In this document: piece after piece, positions 61,675 to 64,000 of the stretch
Layout: every line of letters begins with the position of its first letter
Numbering within the stretch: position 1 is the first letter of the stretch
Source of the DNA: Hypanus sabinus
Lineage: Eukaryota
Direction of reading: 5' to 3'
Length of the DNA: 64,000 nt
Assembly (NCBI RefSeq): GCF_030144855.1
Contig: NC_082731.1
Span: forward strand, 23,622,001-23,686,000
Program-made: the position numbers and the translations under genes
Notes under the pieces: generated by a model
Told to the model about the DNA's origin: nothing
What the model saw: only the letters and a program-made list of their open reading frames with translations
Database searches by the model: none

Positions 61675-64000
61675 GGCATCGGCAGACCCGGATTTATTAG
61701 TGAAGGCGAAAAAGAGTGAGGTATCTGAGATTGCTAGCAGGTTGGAAGTTAAAAATATTTTTAAGGCTACAAGTCAGCCAGTAATTTAGAAACAAATCGT
61801 GTCACACTATGCAGAGTTGGGTGATTTTGATGCAGCGATGTCAGATATGTTTCTAAAAAGTAACTTGGATATGCAGTTACAAGCCAAACAAATGAAGTTA
61901 GAGCAACATAATGCGTTAGAAAAGCTTAGATTAGAAGCTGCGTTAAAACAGAGTCAATTGGAAGCTGACTTGGAACTAAGTCGGTTAGAAGCTGCAAATA
62001 ATCAAAGGGAATTTAAAGACAGAGAAGCAAATAAAGAGAGAGAGAAAATCGTATCATATTATGCACAGTAGGGTGATTTTGATGAAGCGGTTTCAGATAT
62101 GTTTCCAATACGTACTCTGGAAATGCAATTACATCTCGAACAAATGAGGTTAGAACAAGGTAAAGCGGACGTGGGATGAGTCGGTTTGAAGATACAAATG
62201 AAAGGAGGGAATCCGAACGTGATGGCGAAATTAAGGACCGAGAATCAGTCCTCTGCACCTCGGAAACATTTTATTGCTAGACGAGAAGTTATATTCGCTC
62301 GTCCATTTGATGAAACAGAAGTGGATAAATATTTCCAACATTTCGAAACTGTTTCTCAGATTTCAAATTGTACGAAAGAAAAATAGCCGGTGCTGTAACA
62401 GAATGTAATTTAAGGCAAGGCTCAATAAGTTTATACACCATTAACTTGATTATGATATTGTAAAGCAACAAATGCTGAAAGAATATGTACTGATTCCAGG
62501 AGCTTGTAGAGACAAAATCCGAAATTTGAAGATATCCGTGGGAAAAAAATAAACTTACGTGAATTTGTCTACGATAAAGCTTTGTTTCATGGAAAAATAA
62601 ATGTGAATGCATAGTGTAATAAATTGAAAGTGTTGATTTTAAAAAAGGGATTTAAAAGGAACATCCCTGTTGAGGTAAGTACATACTTAAATGAGGGGGA
62701 CAGTGCTGCATTGCAAGAGTCTGCTAAATTAGCACATGAGTATGTTTTTATCCATGAGAGTAAATTTCCTCAGGGTAGAAATTTTAAAAGGAAAAATAGC
62801 ACAGAGAGTCAACGTAAACCAGAAATAAAATCAGAAGAAAGTTATGGAGGAAGGAAAACATGTGAAGGAAAGACAGTTTGGTCCCATTTCTATTTACTTT
62901 AAGAAACCTGGTCACGTATTAGCGAAATGTTTACGACTAATGAAGAAGGAGAAGGAAGCAGTCCCAGTTGCGTGTCCGCAACTTACTGAAACACCTGTAG
63001 ATCCACAGGGTTCCATAAATACACATGAATGTTTGTCAGAGTCTGACCCAGTTAAGAGTGGAAATGATCATTTTATAACTGACGGATTTGTATCCTTGAG
63101 TGACCAATCCACTCCGGTGACAATAAAAATCCTCAGGGGTACTGGAGCTTCTCAATCGCTGAGGTTAGACAGAGTGTTAAAGTTTAGTGATGAGTATGGC
63201 ACTGTACGTTTGCATAGAGTAAATTTAAGTCAGGGTTAGTTACAGGACATGTTACAGTACGACTATAACCTAGCTTACACTTGAATTATGTTATTTTTTC
63301 TATTTATAGGAAATGACTTAGCAGATTGGCAAGATTTTTTTTTCCTGAAGTACATTTGACAATTATTTCAGAGGAACCATGGTTGAATTCTTACACCGAT
63401 CCAAACTGCGTTGTAACTCGAGCTATCACTAAAAAGCTTAATGTGCAGGATGTGGTTGTTAACCATGACTGCTCAACTCGGGATTCGAATTGTGAGGATG
63501 TGTCAGAAACATCCGCACCTACATTTTTCGATCAAAATTCTTGGAGTAATATTGACGTTGAAGATTTGTCTCTGCCTCGGAAGGAGATGATAGCAGAGCA
63601 GAGCAAAGACCCAGACATAATCAGATTAAAGGAACAAGTTTTCCAGCATACTGATGTCGATAAGGTACCAATAGGATATACTTTTGAGAAAGGAGGGTGG
63701 ATGATGAAGTGGAGATCCCCTACAATTCCTGCAAGAGATGAATGGAAGGTTGTTCACCAGGTAGATGTTCCTAAAGTTCATCGGAATGAGATTTTAACTT
63801 TAGCTCATAGTATGCCACTGACTTAACATCAAGGGGTGAAAAAATTGTGAAGGAGATTGCTGAACATTTTTACTGGCCTGGTTTGAGAAAAGATGAAGCG
63901 GCATTTTGCAGAACGTGTCATTCTTGCCAAATTGTGCGTAACACTAATCAAGTTACTCCAGTGGCCCTACTGCAACCAATTCCCGCATTCAATGAACCGT
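61675..64000 (+). mobile_element. Second Gmr1-like Gypsy element, decayed, running off the window end
   Basis: Possible degenerate tRNA-Ser PBS TGGCATCGGCAG at ~61675. gag coiled coil and PFDETEVDKYFQHFE; ESAKLAHEY; knuckle; protease ILRGTGASQSL; integrase Zn region HRNEILTLAHSMPL..HFYWP..CRTCHSCQ. Paralogous to 52580-55710. Confidence 0.88.

Overview
Vertebrate genomic DNA, almost certainly from a cartilaginous fish: AT-rich, with two N gaps and mostly decayed L1, CR1, Rex1/Babar, Penelope and Gmr1-like Gypsy retroelements. The main content is two paralogous antigen-receptor cassettes on the minus strand, about 31.5 kb apart. Each reads leader - VNAR-like V - 22-RSS ... 12-RSS D 12-RSS ... 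23-RSS J - leaderless TCR-delta-like V. This matches the NAR-TCR doubly rearranging TCR-delta architecture, in which a NAR-type V-D-J splices onto a supporting V-delta. The ORF track misses most of these segments (leaders, D, J and both supporting V exons). Cassette 1 (14170-17537) has open frames, canonical splice sites and in-frame J-to-V splicing. It has unusual features: a single D with an IgH-type RSS arrangement, no canonical Trp in either V domain, a putative inter-domain Cys pair, and two tandem RSSs behind the supporting V. Cassette 2 (about 46075-49049) is a pseudogene (mutated acceptor, stop, frameshift, RSS replaced by an LTR-like sequence), although its NAR-V frame, D and J are still open. 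No constant-region exon or TCR-delta D/J was found; they would lie beyond position 1. All calls are from manual reading and translation; no database search was run, and repeat boundaries are approximate.
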